From the NCBI GenBank assembly GCA_963792585.1, contig CAWBWI010000002.1, forward strand, positions 1 to 64,000: 64,000 nt of DNA. The letters are read 5' to 3'. This DNA is from Candidatus Eiseniibacteriota bacterium (GTDB taxonomy: Bacteria; Eisenbacteria; RBG-16-71-46; CAIMUX01; VGJL01). Positions 1 to 10,446 of the stretch are shown here, in pieces (the stretch's first letter is position 1; every line of letters begins with the position of its first letter). A program made the translations under genes and the position numbers. The notes under the pieces are model-generated. The model searched no databases, was not told the DNA's origin, and was given only the letters and a program-made list of their open reading frames with translations.

Positions 1-1204
1 CGCAGGAAGAACCTGCAGGGCAGCCTCGACTATTCCCGAGGGGAGGTCTTGCGGGCGAATGTCCAGGGGCATTTGAACGACGAAACCAACCAGTACTGGG
101 ACATCCAGGCGAACAACAGCAACGGCGGCCAGGAATCGAAGGTGGGGGAGGACCACGGGGTCGGGGCCTCGTTCGACTGGAACCCGAGGAAGGATGCCAC
201 CCTGCACGGCGACTACACGAGGCAGGACCTCCAGGCGAACTACAAACTCCAGGTGCGCGATTTCTTCAAGCGAACCGACTCGGGGAAGATCAACGGACGC
301 CTGAAAATTCCCTCCTTCCTCCTGCTCCTCTCCGGGCTCGAGATCGAGTCGAGCCTGCAGCTCGATGAGTCGAAGAACGTCCTCGAGGAGACCGCCGACT
401 TCAGGCAGACGAACCGTCGGTTGCGCAACGTTCTCAGACGCCAGCTCGGGACGAAGGTCCAGGTTCAGGCGACCAACGAGCTCTCGCTTCTGCAGTATTT
501 CTACGATGACAAGAGCAACGACCGAGACGAGCAACGTGTCTTCACCGACGGGATTCTGCTGTACAATCCCTCAACGATGTTCAACGGGACGTTCAACGTG
601 AACTGGAGCGAAAGGCACACCGTCAACGTGCCGGCCGACAAGGCCGCGAACAACAGCACGACCCAAAGCTACAAGGTTTCCGGGGAGGTCGGGTACAAGC
701 GCGGCCAGCTGGGGGTCAACCAGCGTTACACGATCCAGGCCGACTACACGTTCTACGACTTCAACGACGAACCAGAACAGCCTCGCCCGCTCCAACGAGG
801 TCCTGACCACCCTCTCCGATCGACTGGGAAGCGGTTGGGGTCTCCAGATGCAGCACACCTACCAGTTCCGCGACCAAGGAAAGTACATTCGCCCCTCCCC
901 CAGGCTCCCACGCGCATACAGCGCCGGGACCAAGGAGACCCGCCACATGCTGACGTTGATCGCCTCCTACCCGATCGGGCAGGAGGTCCGATTCGAGGCG
1001 CGGCAGATGTTCGACACGCGCTCTTCCCGTGTGGTGCAGTCGGGTCGGATCAACACGACGACCCGGGGCGAACTGGCGCTTCGAGGAGACATGAACCACA
1101 AGTTCAACGAGGACTTCTCGCTCCTGGCGAGCTTCCAGAAGACGCAGTCGACCTCCGAGAAGAACTACTGGACCGTCAACGCCTCCATCCAGAGGAACTT
1201 CTAG
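1..1204 (+). CDS. Outer-membrane beta-barrel protein (5' truncated by window edge; frameshift near 770)
   Basis: Amphipathic beta-strand pattern throughout. Frame of ORF 49.. joins frame of ORF 848..1204 (..DFN/QNSLARSNEVL..). Ends YWTVNASIQRNF with a C-terminal Phe beta-signal. Confidence 0.7.
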
Positions 1205-1206
1205 CC

Positions 1207-1776
1207 GTGGGCCGCAAGCGTTTGGGGGCCATCGCCGCGGCGGCGCTCCCGATGTTCCTGTGCGGGTGCGGTCTGTTCGACCTGCGGAATCCGGAGGACC
1301 CGGGCAGCGGCACGCAAGTGCCGTTCGAGATCCCGACCGAGCCGCGGATCGCGTTGCAGAACCTGAAGGCCACCACCGAGGCGCGCGTGATCACCAACTT
1401 CGATCGATCGCTCGCGAGCGACTACCACTTCCGGTTCGACCCCTTCGAGGCCCCGTCCGACACCGTCTGGACGCGGGACCGTGACATCCAGGCGCTCACG
1501 GCCCTGTTCCGGAACGAGGCGACGGTCCGCCTCGATTGGGCCGTCAGCGACTCCGGCACGATCGAAAACGACCGCTTCTACCGGAACCTGGGGTACCGGG
1601 TGGTGTTTCGACTCAGCGCTACCGACAGCGTGGTGCTGAGTGGCAATTGCACACTGTACTTCCGGTTGGAGCAACAGCAGTGGCTCATCTACCGGTGGGC
1701 CGACGTCAAGGTCTCCGGGGATCCCAATGTCTACACATGGGGTTACGCGAGGCTGAACCCGAACCTTGGTCCCTGA
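1207..1776 (+). CDS. Lipoprotein, probable NTF2/SnoaL-like fold
   Basis: GTG at 1207, signal peptide with lipobox LCGC. Motifs P..ALQNLK..A, YHFRF and WLIYRWAD are shared with the next gene. Confidence 0.7.
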   Translation: MGRKRLGAIAAAALPMFLCGCGLFDLRNPEDPGSGTQVPFEIPTEPRIALQNLKATTEARVITNFDRSLASDYHFRFDPFEAPSDTVWTRDRDIQALTALFRNEATVRLDWAVSDSGTIENDRFYRNLGYRVVFRLSATDSVVLSGNCTLYFRLEQQQWLIYRWADVKVSGDPNVYTWGYARLNPNLGP

Positions 1777-1806
1777 TTGGCCCTTCTACGGAATGCGTGG
1801 TATAAT
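1777..1806 (+). promoter_or_regulatory. sigma70-type promoter (extended -10)
   Basis: TTGGCC-18 nt-TATAAT with TGG immediately before the -10, upstream of RBS AAGGAG and ATG 1853. Confidence 0.6.
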
Positions 1807-1852
1807 CGATTCCAGCAGTCTGGAGACCGGGAACGATAAGGAGAGCCCGTCC

Positions 1853-2476
1853 ATGATCCACCGTCGACGTTTGACGAGCCTGTTGGTCGCCCTACCGCTG
1901 GCCCTCGTGCTGCTGACGGGATGCCCGTTCAGTCCGAAGAAGGACAACAAGCCGCCGGATCCCGACCCGACCAGCTACCTGGCGCAGACCTCCATTCCCA
2001 ACGTGCTGGAGAACTTGAAGCGGGCCTACACGGAGAAGAACTACGAGGAGTACCGGAAGCTCCTCGACGAGAGCTACGAGTACATCTTCGCGCCCCAGGA
2101 CATCGGCGGACCGAACAACATCCCCGGTTCGTGGGGGCTCGCGGACGAGCTGACGAGCGCGAACAACATGTTCAGCGGTCTCCCAAACAGGGACAACTAC
2201 TGGGCCGAGAAGATCAAGCTCGCCTTCACGGCGGGGGCCGATACGCCGACCGAGTTGAATCCGAACTGGCGGAAGGTCATCCTCTCCAACGTGAACCTCG
2301 AGATCGAGAGCCGGGAAATGACGACTTCGGATCCCCTGACCTACCAAGTGATCGGGGACAAGGCGGAGATCTACTTCGTTCTCACGGACGAAACGGCTCC
2401 CGACAGCGACTTGAGGATCTACAAGATCGTGCGGTGGGAAGACAAGCCGTTCACACTCGTCGCGGCGAAGCTCTAG
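1853..2476 (+). CDS. Lipoprotein, paralog of 1207..1776 (NTF2-like)
   Basis: RBS AAGGAG, lipobox LTGC; motifs VLENLKRAY, YEYIF, YKIVRWED. Confidence 0.75.
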   Translation: MIHRRRLTSLLVALPLALVLLTGCPFSPKKDNKPPDPDPTSYLAQTSIPNVLENLKRAYTEKNYEEYRKLLDESYEYIFAPQDIGGPNNIPGSWGLADELTSANNMFSGLPNRDNYWAEKIKLAFTAGADTPTELNPNWRKVILSNVNLEIESREMTTSDPLTYQVIGDKAEIYFVLTDETAPDSDLRIYKIVRWEDKPFTLVAAKL

Positions 2477-2483
2477 ACCGCAG

Positions 2484-3619
2484 TTGCCGCGCAGACGATC
2501 CGGACGCAAGGGGCCGCTCCACATCGGGGCGGCCCTCCTTTTCTCGTCCTTGCCTCTGTTGTCGCCATCGTCCTCTGGCCGGGTCGGAAAGAGACGCCCG
2601 CGCCGGAAGCGCCCATCCCCCTCCCCGCGCCCGCGCCCGCCCCTGCGAATAACGCGGCCGTGGCGCCGCAGACGCTCACCGATCTGCTCGCGCGCTACCT
2701 CGCCGACCGCCGGTTCGAGGTCGAGCGAGGGACGCGCGGAATCGATCTGATTTGCCACCTGCCTCCCGGACGCTCTTCGTTCCGGGTTCATGCCGACATA
2801 TCGGATGCGATGCGCATCTGGGGGGGAGAGGCGGTCGCCGGCGAAGAGACCGTGCTGGCGGGAGCGGGTCGGGTCGTCGATCTGACGGTCACGAGATCGG
2901 GGGAATCGCGGGTGGTCCGGCTCGTCAAGCGCGAAGAATCGGCGGGGACGCCGCGGATCGCGATCGTGATCGATGACTTCGGCCATCAGTCGCAGTCATT
3001 GATCGACGGGTTCTTCCGTCTTCCGTTCGTCTTCACGCCGGCCGTTCTTCCCGGCTACGCCCGTTCGGTCGCGACGGTGCGCCGCGCATGCGATGCCGGG
3101 CGCCCGCCGATCCTCCACCTGCCGATGGAGCCGAGGGATGTCGCGTTGCATGATCCAGGCGAAGGCGCGATCCGCGTCGGCATGGATGCCGATCAGGTCC
3201 GCAGGCTGGTGCAGGGCGATGCCCGCGCGCTCGCGGGAGTGACGGGCGTGAGCAATCACATGGGAAGCCTCGCCTGTGAACGATCCGAACTGGTGGGGCC
3301 GATGCTCGACGAACTGCGCGCGCGCGGTCTCTACTTCCTCGACAACGGCACCTCCGAGCACTCGGTCGTCCCGGCGGAAGCGGCGCGCCGCGGTGTGCGG
3401 TGCCTGAGCACGGATCTCTACCTCGACGGGGAGGCCGTTCCAACGCCCGAGACGATGAAGCGTCGCCTGCTCGAAGCCCGCAGGATCGCGGAGTCGTGCG
3501 GCAGTGTTATTATGGTCGGACACGCGCGCCCTGCGACGCTTCAGTTCCTCATGGCCGCGCAAGATAGTTTCCGCGCATGGGGTTGCCGCCCGGTTCCATT
3601 GGGCGACCTTTTGCGTTGA
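2484..3619 (+). CDS. Divergent polysaccharide deacetylase (YibQ/DUF610 family), N-terminal anchor, probable frameshift near 2540
   Basis: Motifs IAIVIDDFG, LHLPMEP, SNHMGS, YFLDNGT, VGH. A TM segment and Pro-rich linker are in frame upstream of 2660 but have no start codon; TTG 2484 is in another frame. Confidence 0.8.
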
Positions 3620-3698
3620 CTTTTGCACATAAAGCCCTCTAGCCTATTTGTTTGTTGCGCTTTGCGCCCGATGGGGGCGTTGCGGAGGCCTTCCAAGG

Positions 3699-5288
3699 AT
3701 GAAATCGTATCAGTGGAAGCTGATGTTGCTGGTGGTACTGCTGGGTCTATCGATCTATGCCTTGCTGCCGTCGTTCCAGCTCTACAACCGGCCCGACCGG
3801 GACACGGCCGATCCGCGCGATCCTGTCATGAAGGAATTGCGGAGCAAAGCCTTGAAGCTCGGGCTCGATCTGAAGGGCGGCATGCATCTGCTGCTCGAGA
3901 TCGACAAGAGCAAGCTCCCCCCGGGCGTTCAGGAGAAGGACGTCATCGATCGCGCGATGGAGATCCTCCGGAACCGGATCGACCAGTTCGGGGTCGCGGA
4001 GCCGATCATCCAGCGCCAGGGGGACAACCGGATCCTGGTGCAGCTTCCCGGTCTGCTCGACAAGGAGCGGGCCGTCAAGCTCATTGGTGAGACGGCGCAG
4101 CTGGAGTTCAAGCTCGTGAAGCAGGCCTCCGAATCGCGGGCGGTGATCGATCGACTGAACCGCGCGCTCGCCGGACGCTCCGCCGATCTTCCCGATTCTC
4201 TGGCGGCCGATTCGCTGAACGCCGCGAATCCCCTGAACGATCTGCTCTACAGCACCGACATGAGCCTCTTCGGCGGCGTGGAGATTCTCGAGGAGGACTT
4301 CCCCAAGGTCAGCGCCCTCCTCGCCTCCGTCAAGCTGGACGAAGTTCTCCCGCGCGACGCCTCGATCGGATTCAGCTCCAAGACCGAGGTCTTCGATCAG
4401 GGCCGCATCGGCCGGGTCCTCTACGTTCTGAACCGCAGGCCCGAGATGACGGGCGAGGCGGTCTCGAACGCCGTGATGAAATTCGGCCTCGATCCGCGCG
4501 ATCCAAGCGCGGCCGGCGTCTCGATGACCTTGAGCAACAAGGGTGCGAACACCTTCCGCAAGGTCACGGGCGCGAATATCGGACGGCAACTCGCGATCGT
4601 GCTGGATGACAAGGTTTCCTCGGCGCCGGTCATCCGCGACCGGATCCCGACGGGGCAGGCGCAGATCACCGGCCGGTTCGACGCGGCGGAGGCCCGCGAC
4701 CTCGCGATCGTACTGCGCGCGGGCGCCCTTCCGGCCCCTCTCAAGGTCGCCGAGGAGCGGACCGTGGGGCCGTCCCTCGGACGCGATTCGATCGCGGGCG
4801 GGCTCCGCGCCGGCATCGTGGGTGCGATCATCGTGATTCTCTTCATGCTGATCTACTACCGAGGGAGTGGCCTGATTGCGGTCTTCGCCCTCGTCCTGAA
4901 CATGGTCTTCCTATTTGCGGGCCTTGCGGCCCTCAGGGGCACTCTCACGATGCCGGGCATCGCGGGAATCGTGCTCACGGTCGGCATGGCGGTGGATGCG
5001 AATATCCTGATCTTCGAGAGGATCCGTGAAGAACTGCGCGCCGGAAAGACGGTCAAGATGGCTGTCGAGCTGGGCTTCGACCGGGCTTGGCGCACGATCC
5101 TCGACGCGAACCTGTGCACCCTGATCAGCGCCATCGTCCTCTTCCGGTTCGGCACGGGTCCCATCAAAGGATTCGCGATCACCCTGGGAATCGGCATCAT
5201 CGCAAACATATACACCGCGGTCTTCGTGGCGCGGATGGTCTTCGACGCGATCCTGGCGCGGCGCACCGCGCGCTCTTGGTCGATCTAG
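3699..5288 (+). CDS. secD: Protein translocase subunit SecD
   Basis: LGLDLKGG, RNRIDQFGVAEP, LRAGALPAP, TVGPSLG, GMAVDANILIFERIREE. Confidence 0.97.
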   Translation: MKSYQWKLMLLVVLLGLSIYALLPSFQLYNRPDRDTADPRDPVMKELRSKALKLGLDLKGGMHLLLEIDKSKLPPGVQEKDVIDRAMEILRNRIDQFGVAEPIIQRQGDNRILVQLPGLLDKERAVKLIGETAQLEFKLVKQASESRAVIDRLNRALAGRSADLPDSLAADSLNAANPLNDLLYSTDMSLFGGVEILEEDFPKVSALLASVKLDEVLPRDASIGFSSKTEVFDQGRIGRVLYVLNRRPEMTGEAVSNAVMKFGLDPRDPSAAGVSMTLSNKGANTFRKVTGANIGRQLAIVLDDKVSSAPVIRDRIPTGQAQITGRFDAAEARDLAIVLRAGALPAPLKVAEERTVGPSLGRDSIAGGLRAGIVGAIIVILFMLIYYRGSGLIAVFALVLNMVFLFAGLAALRGTLTMPGIAGIVLTVGMAVDANILIFERIREELRAGKTVKMAVELGFDRAWRTILDANLCTLISAIVLFRFGTGPIKGFAITLGIGIIANIYTAVFVARMVFDAILARRTARSWSI

Positions 5289-5324
5289 CGGGATCCCGCG
5301 GGATAAGGAAGAGGCGGAGGAAAC

Positions 5325-6272
5325 ATGCTGCAGGTTCTGGTGGGATACAAGATCCCCTTCATGAAGTACCGGAAATACGCCTACGTCTTCTCGTCGATGA
5401 TCATCCTGGCCGGGATCGTCTCGTTCGCGGTCCACGGTGGGCTGCGGATGGGCGTCGACTTCGCGGGCGGCATCCTGGTCGAGTACAAGTTCGACCAGAA
5501 GCTGAGCGCCGATCACCTGCGTGATGCGCTCGGGCGGGGCGGCTTCTCCAACGCCGAGATCCAGGCGAGCGAAGGGGGCGAAGCTTTCCTGATCCGTATC
5601 CCCTCACCCGAGGAGCGGATCGCCGGCGAAGCGCCGCCTTCGGAGAGGATTCTCCAGGTCATCCAAGCGGAGTCTCCGGGCGTCAAGGGTGAGTTGCTTC
5701 GCGAGGAGGTTGTCGGCCCCAGGGTCGGGCGTGAGTTGCGCACGAAGGCCTTCTGGGCCGTGCTTCTCGTGCTGGTGGGCATTCTGCTCTATGTCGGCGT
5801 TCGTTACGAGTTCAAGTTTGCATTGGGCGCCGTAGTGGCCCTGGCCCACGACATCCTGGTCGTCCTGTCGCTCATTTCCGTCACCAATAAGGAATTCACG
5901 ATCCCGGTCCTTGCCGCCCTGCTCACGATCGGCGGTTACTCGGTGAACGACACGATCGTGGTCTACGACCGGATCCGCGAGCGCTTGAAGGGGTCCGGAC
6001 GGTCGCCGGACGCGGCCTTGTTCGACCTCGCCGTCAATCAGACGCTCAGCCGGACGATCGTCACGGGCCTGGCCACGATCCTGACCCTCGAAGCGCTCCT
6101 CTTCATGGGCGGGACGGTCATCCATGACTTCGCCTTCGCCATGTTGATCGGCGTTCTCTTCGGGATGTACTCCTCGATCTATGTGGCTTCCGCGCTCGGC
6201 CTGGATATCACCCTGGCAAGTGAGAAGCGTCGCAAGGCAGCCGAGGCCCAGGCCGTCCGCGTGAAGGCCTGA
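5325..6272 (+). CDS. secF: Protein translocase subunit SecF
   Basis: GVDFAGG, VGPRVG, ALAHD, GYSVNDTIVVYDRIRE, QTLSRT; directly follows secD. Confidence 0.97.
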   Translation: MLQVLVGYKIPFMKYRKYAYVFSSMIILAGIVSFAVHGGLRMGVDFAGGILVEYKFDQKLSADHLRDALGRGGFSNAEIQASEGGEAFLIRIPSPEERIAGEAPPSERILQVIQAESPGVKGELLREEVVGPRVGRELRTKAFWAVLLVLVGILLYVGVRYEFKFALGAVVALAHDILVVLSLISVTNKEFTIPVLAALLTIGGYSVNDTIVVYDRIRERLKGSGRSPDAALFDLAVNQTLSRTIVTGLATILTLEALLFMGGTVIHDFAFAMLIGVLFGMYSSIYVASALGLDITLASEKRRKAAEAQAVRVKA

Positions 6273-6388
6273 TTCGCTATCGGGAGCCATTCGATTCTCT
6301 GATAGACTCGCCCTTACCCGGGGCCGTCGATTTGCGGAAGGAACCCCGCCGACGGCCCCGGGTTTTTATGACCCATGTCGAGGAGACC

Positions 6389-7066
6389 ATGCGCCATCTG
6401 ACGATCCTTGCGGTCCTTGCCTGCCTGGCTGCCGGCTTTCCGGCCCCGCCGGCGGTGGGAGAGCCGGTCGCCGGCTTCGTTGTTGCCCGCCTGAAGTACG
6501 ACGGAGGGGGGGACTGGTACAGCAATCCGTCCAGCCTGCCCAACCTCGCCCGGGCGCTCCGGGAGCGGACCCCGGTGCCGGTCGAACGGATCGATGAGGC
6601 CCGGGTCGGGATCATGGACGAGGACTTCTTCAATTACCCGTTCGTCTACATGAACGGCCACGGGAACGTTCACTTCAGCGACGCCGAGGTGGAGCGTCTC
6701 CGCCGCTATCTCACTTCCGGCGGCTTCCTCTTCGCCGACGACAACTACGGGATGGATGAGAGTTTTCGCCGCGAGATGGGCCGCGTCTTCCCCGATCGCA
6801 AGCTGGTCGACATCCCGTTCGACCACCCGATCTACCACACGCTCTACGATCTGCCGCACGGTCCGCCCAAGATCCACGAGCACGACGGCAAGCCGGCGGA
6901 GGGTTTGGGGATTTTCGACGGGAACCGACTCGTCGTTTTCTATACCTACCAGGCCGACATCGGAGACGGGATCGAGGATCCCGAGGTGCACAACGATCCG
7001 CCCGAGAAGCGCGAGGCCGCGATGAAGATGGCGATCAACGTCGTCCTCTACGCCCTGAGCCGTTGA
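6389..7066 (+). CDS. DUF4159 family exported protein
   Basis: Signal peptide; RLKYDGGGDWYSNPSSLPNL, YPFVYMNGHG, YLTSGGFLFADDNYG, PKIHEHDG, MAINVVLYAL. Confidence 0.88.
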   Translation: MRHLTILAVLACLAAGFPAPPAVGEPVAGFVVARLKYDGGGDWYSNPSSLPNLARALRERTPVPVERIDEARVGIMDEDFFNYPFVYMNGHGNVHFSDAEVERLRRYLTSGGFLFADDNYGMDESFRREMGRVFPDRKLVDIPFDHPIYHTLYDLPHGPPKIHEHDGKPAEGLGIFDGNRLVVFYTYQADIGDGIEDPEVHNDPPEKREAAMKMAINVVLYALSR

Positions 7067-7094
7067 GGACGATCGCAGCGAAGGGGGTCAGGTG

Positions 7095-10000
7095 ATGGAG
7101 CTTCACGAACCGCTCGTCCGGGTCCTGCGGGGTGGGTACCGCGCGTTCCGTACGCGCCGGATCCTCGAAGCGACGGCCCTGGCCGCGTCCGTGGTCGTTC
7201 CCGCCCTCCTCGGGGCGGTTCTCCTCGGCCTGCTCCTCGGTGCGGGCCGGGCGGCCGCGTGGATCGTTCCGATCGTCGCTGCGGCCGGCCTGATCGCCGG
7301 CGCTGCGCGGGGGATCCGCTACGGCTTGGGGTCCCACATGAGCTTCGCGGCCTTCGTTCTCAAGATCGAGGAGAAGGCCGGGCTCGCGCGCAACGAACTC
7401 GTCAACGCCCTTCAGCTCGGTCGCCGCGCCGCGTCCATGGAAGACCCGCTCGCGCGTGAGGTCGCCCAGGAGGTGCTCCGCAAGGGCACCGAGGCCGCCG
7501 CCTCGATCCGCTATCGGGATCTCGCTCCGGATCGAAGCCTGCGCGGGCCGATCGGCCAGACGTTGGGCGCGGCGCTCTCCATCGCGATCCTCTCCCTGGT
7601 GGCCCCGGGCGCCGTGATGCGCTCCGCATCCCAGATCGTCCATCCGGGCCGGCTGCCCGAGATGGCGGCCGTCCGCATCGATGTCGATCCCGGCGACTGC
7701 GTGGCGCAGCGGGGAGCGAACCTGCCGGTTCGAGCGCGCCTGATCGGCGTGACCGGCGAGCCGATCCTCTTCCATCGCGCAGGGGGAGGTGCCTGGCAGC
7801 GGGAGACGATGCGACCCGATTCCGGAGCATTCCGGGCGACCATGAACGATCTGCAGGCCCCGACCGAGTACGCGGTCGCCCTCGGGGATCTGCGCAGCCG
7901 CTCGTACAGGGTCGATCTGCAGGAGCCGTTGCGGGCGACCGGCTACGAGAAGCGCACGACGTTCCCCGCCTATACCGGGATGGCGCCCGAGAAGGAACTC
8001 TCGCCGCACGCCTCGATCACCGTCCTGCGCGGGAGCGAGGTCGAGCTGCGGGTCGGCGCGAGCCGTCCCGACGCGGGAGGTCGGCTGGTCTTCGAGTCCG
8101 GCAGGACCGTGCCGCTCGCGGTCGCGGATCCCTCCGTCCTATCCACGCGCATCTCGGTCCGCGACGCGGAGCTCTTCCACGTCGAACTGAGCAGTCCGGC
8201 GATTCGCGGCGGCGCCTGGCGTTCCGAGACGTTCCGGATCGATCCGATCCCCGATCGCAGCCCGAGTATCTATCTCCTCGCGCCGGGCGAGCAGATCGAC
8301 CTGCCCCCTGAGATGCAGGTCGCGATCGCCGTCGACTGCGCCGACGACTTCGGCATCACGCGCCTCGAACTGACCTGGAAGCGCAACGACGGTCCGGTGA
8401 CCCGCATGCCGCTGGCCCGCTGGGCCAGAGAGCGGGAAGCGCGCGTCGAATACCCGTGGGATCTCGAGGCGATTCCGATGGCGCCCGGGGACCGGATCAC
8501 CTACCGCCTGGAGCTGACCGACAACGACGCGGTCAGCGGGCCGAAGACGACCGTTTCGCCCGAGTACCTCATCCGTTTTCCGACCGTCGAGCAGATGTAC
8601 GCGCAGCAGACCGAAGAGCGGCAGTCGGGCATCGAGGATGTCCGGGAGTCGTTCGAGAAGCAGGTCGAACTCCGGGAAGCGCTCGAGAAGTTGACCCGCG
8701 ACATCCGCCAGGACAAGGGAATGCAGTGGGAGCAGAAGCAGGAGGTCGAGTCGTTCCTCCAGAAGCAGGAAGAACTGCTCCAGAAGATGGACCAGATGGC
8801 TTCGGGGATGGACCGGCAGATGCAGCGGATGCAGCAGGGACAGCTCTTCAGCCCCGAGGTCGTCTCCAAGCTCGCCCAGATCCAGGAGCTGATGCGCCAG
8901 ATCCAGAGCCCCGAGTTCCACAAGATGATGGAGAAGATGCGCGAGGCGATGCGCTCGCTCGACCCGGAGGCGGTCCGCAAGGCGATGGAACAGATGAAGC
9001 TCTCGCAGAAGGAACTCGAGCGCGGACTCGATCGCACCCTGCAGATGCTCCAGAAGTTGCTCGCCGAGGAGAAGCTCGATGAGATGATCAAGCAGGCGGA
9101 GCGGCTCTCGGAGCAGCAGGACGAGCTGAATCGTCAGCTCGGCCAGAACGGGCAGAAGGCCGACTCGACCTCGACGCTTCCGAAGCAGCAGGCCGCGGAG
9201 ATGCAGCAGAAGCAGGACGAACTCCGGAAGGCCCTCGAGGAGCTGCGCAAGCAGCTGAAGGATCTTCAGGATCTTGCCAAGCAGAGCCATCCGCAGATGA
9301 ACCAGGAGCTGCAGAGCCCGCAAGGGGAGCAATCGAAGCAGGAGCTGGATCAGTCGGCGGAGAACATGGAATCGGGCAAGCAGTGCATGGGAAGCCAGAA
9401 CCGATCCGGCGCGAGGAAGGCCGGCAAGAAGGCCGCCAAGAACCTGAGCAACTTCAGCCAGCAGATGCGGCAGATGCAATCCCAGATGCAGCAGCAGATG
9501 ACGGCGGAACAATCCAAGCGCCTGCTCTCGCTCGCCGGCAACCTCGTGGACCTGTCGAAGGAACAGGAAGACCTGGTCGACCGGTCCGTTCGAGAGAGCA
9601 CGCGCGATCTCGCGCTCGAGCAGAACCGGATCGGGAAGGCCTCCGTCGTCGTCGTCGATCAGGTCTACGAGCTCGCCCGCGAGACGCCCTTCATCACCCC
9701 CGGGCAAGCTCGCGCGCTGGGCGACCTCCTCGGAGGACTCGGAGAGGCGACCGACGCCTACGAGACGGGTCAGCGAAACAACGGATCGGCCCTTGGCCGT
9801 CGCGCGCAGACATCGATGGACCAGCTGGTGGAGAGCCTGATCGAGTCGAACCAGAGCATGTGCAACTCATCCTTCGTCCTCGTCGTCTTGCAACAAGCCG
9901 AACCCGAACAGCACGATGCAGGGCCTCTCGAGCCAGCAGATGGGAGTCAATCAAGACACCCAGCAGCTCTCCCAGCAGGCCAGCCAGCAGGGAGGGCGCC

Positions 10001-10446
10001 TCTCCCAGGACGGCGCCGGCAGGCTCGAACAGCTGGCCGCGCGGCAACAGGCGATCAAGCAGGGGCTGCAGGATCTTTCCGAGTCGATGGGCGAACAGCA
10101 GGGCGCGATGGGTCGGCTCGACGACCTTGCGAAGGAGATGGAGGAGACGGTCAAGCAGATGCGAGAGCAGAAGGTCGACGAACGCCTGCTCAAGCGGCAG
10201 GAGAAGATCCTCAGCCGGCTCCTGACCGCGCAGCGGAGTCTCCGGAAGCAGGACTTCGAAGAGCAACGTCGTTCCCGAACGGGGGTCGATGCGGAGAATC
10301 CGGTCTCGCCGGCGCCGGTCGCCACGGGTCTCTCGGAGAACGAGCAGCTTCGCCGGGGGATCTTGAAGGGCAACCAGGACCCGATCCCGGGCGACTTTCG
10401 CAGGATCGTCGATGCCTACTTCCGAGCGTTGATGGAGAAGCGATGA
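7095..10446 (+). CDS. DUF4175-like membrane protein: TM helices, Ig-like domains, long Q/M/E-rich coiled coil (frameshift near 9873)
   Basis: N-terminal TMs, DDFGI and DNDAVSGPK motifs. C-terminal RQEKILSRLL..QRSLRKQD and YFRAL lie in ORF 9916..10446. Confidence 0.8.

Noticed and set aside
49..1776. Barrel-lipoprotein fusion (575 aa)
   Set aside because: Frameshift near 770; the barrel ends at 1204 with Phe and the lipoprotein has its own signal peptide from 1207.
8600..10300. CAG-rich low-complexity DNA as a repeat array
   Set aside because: Explained by the Gln/Met/Glu-rich coiled-coil coding sequence; no fixed-period repeat or spacers.
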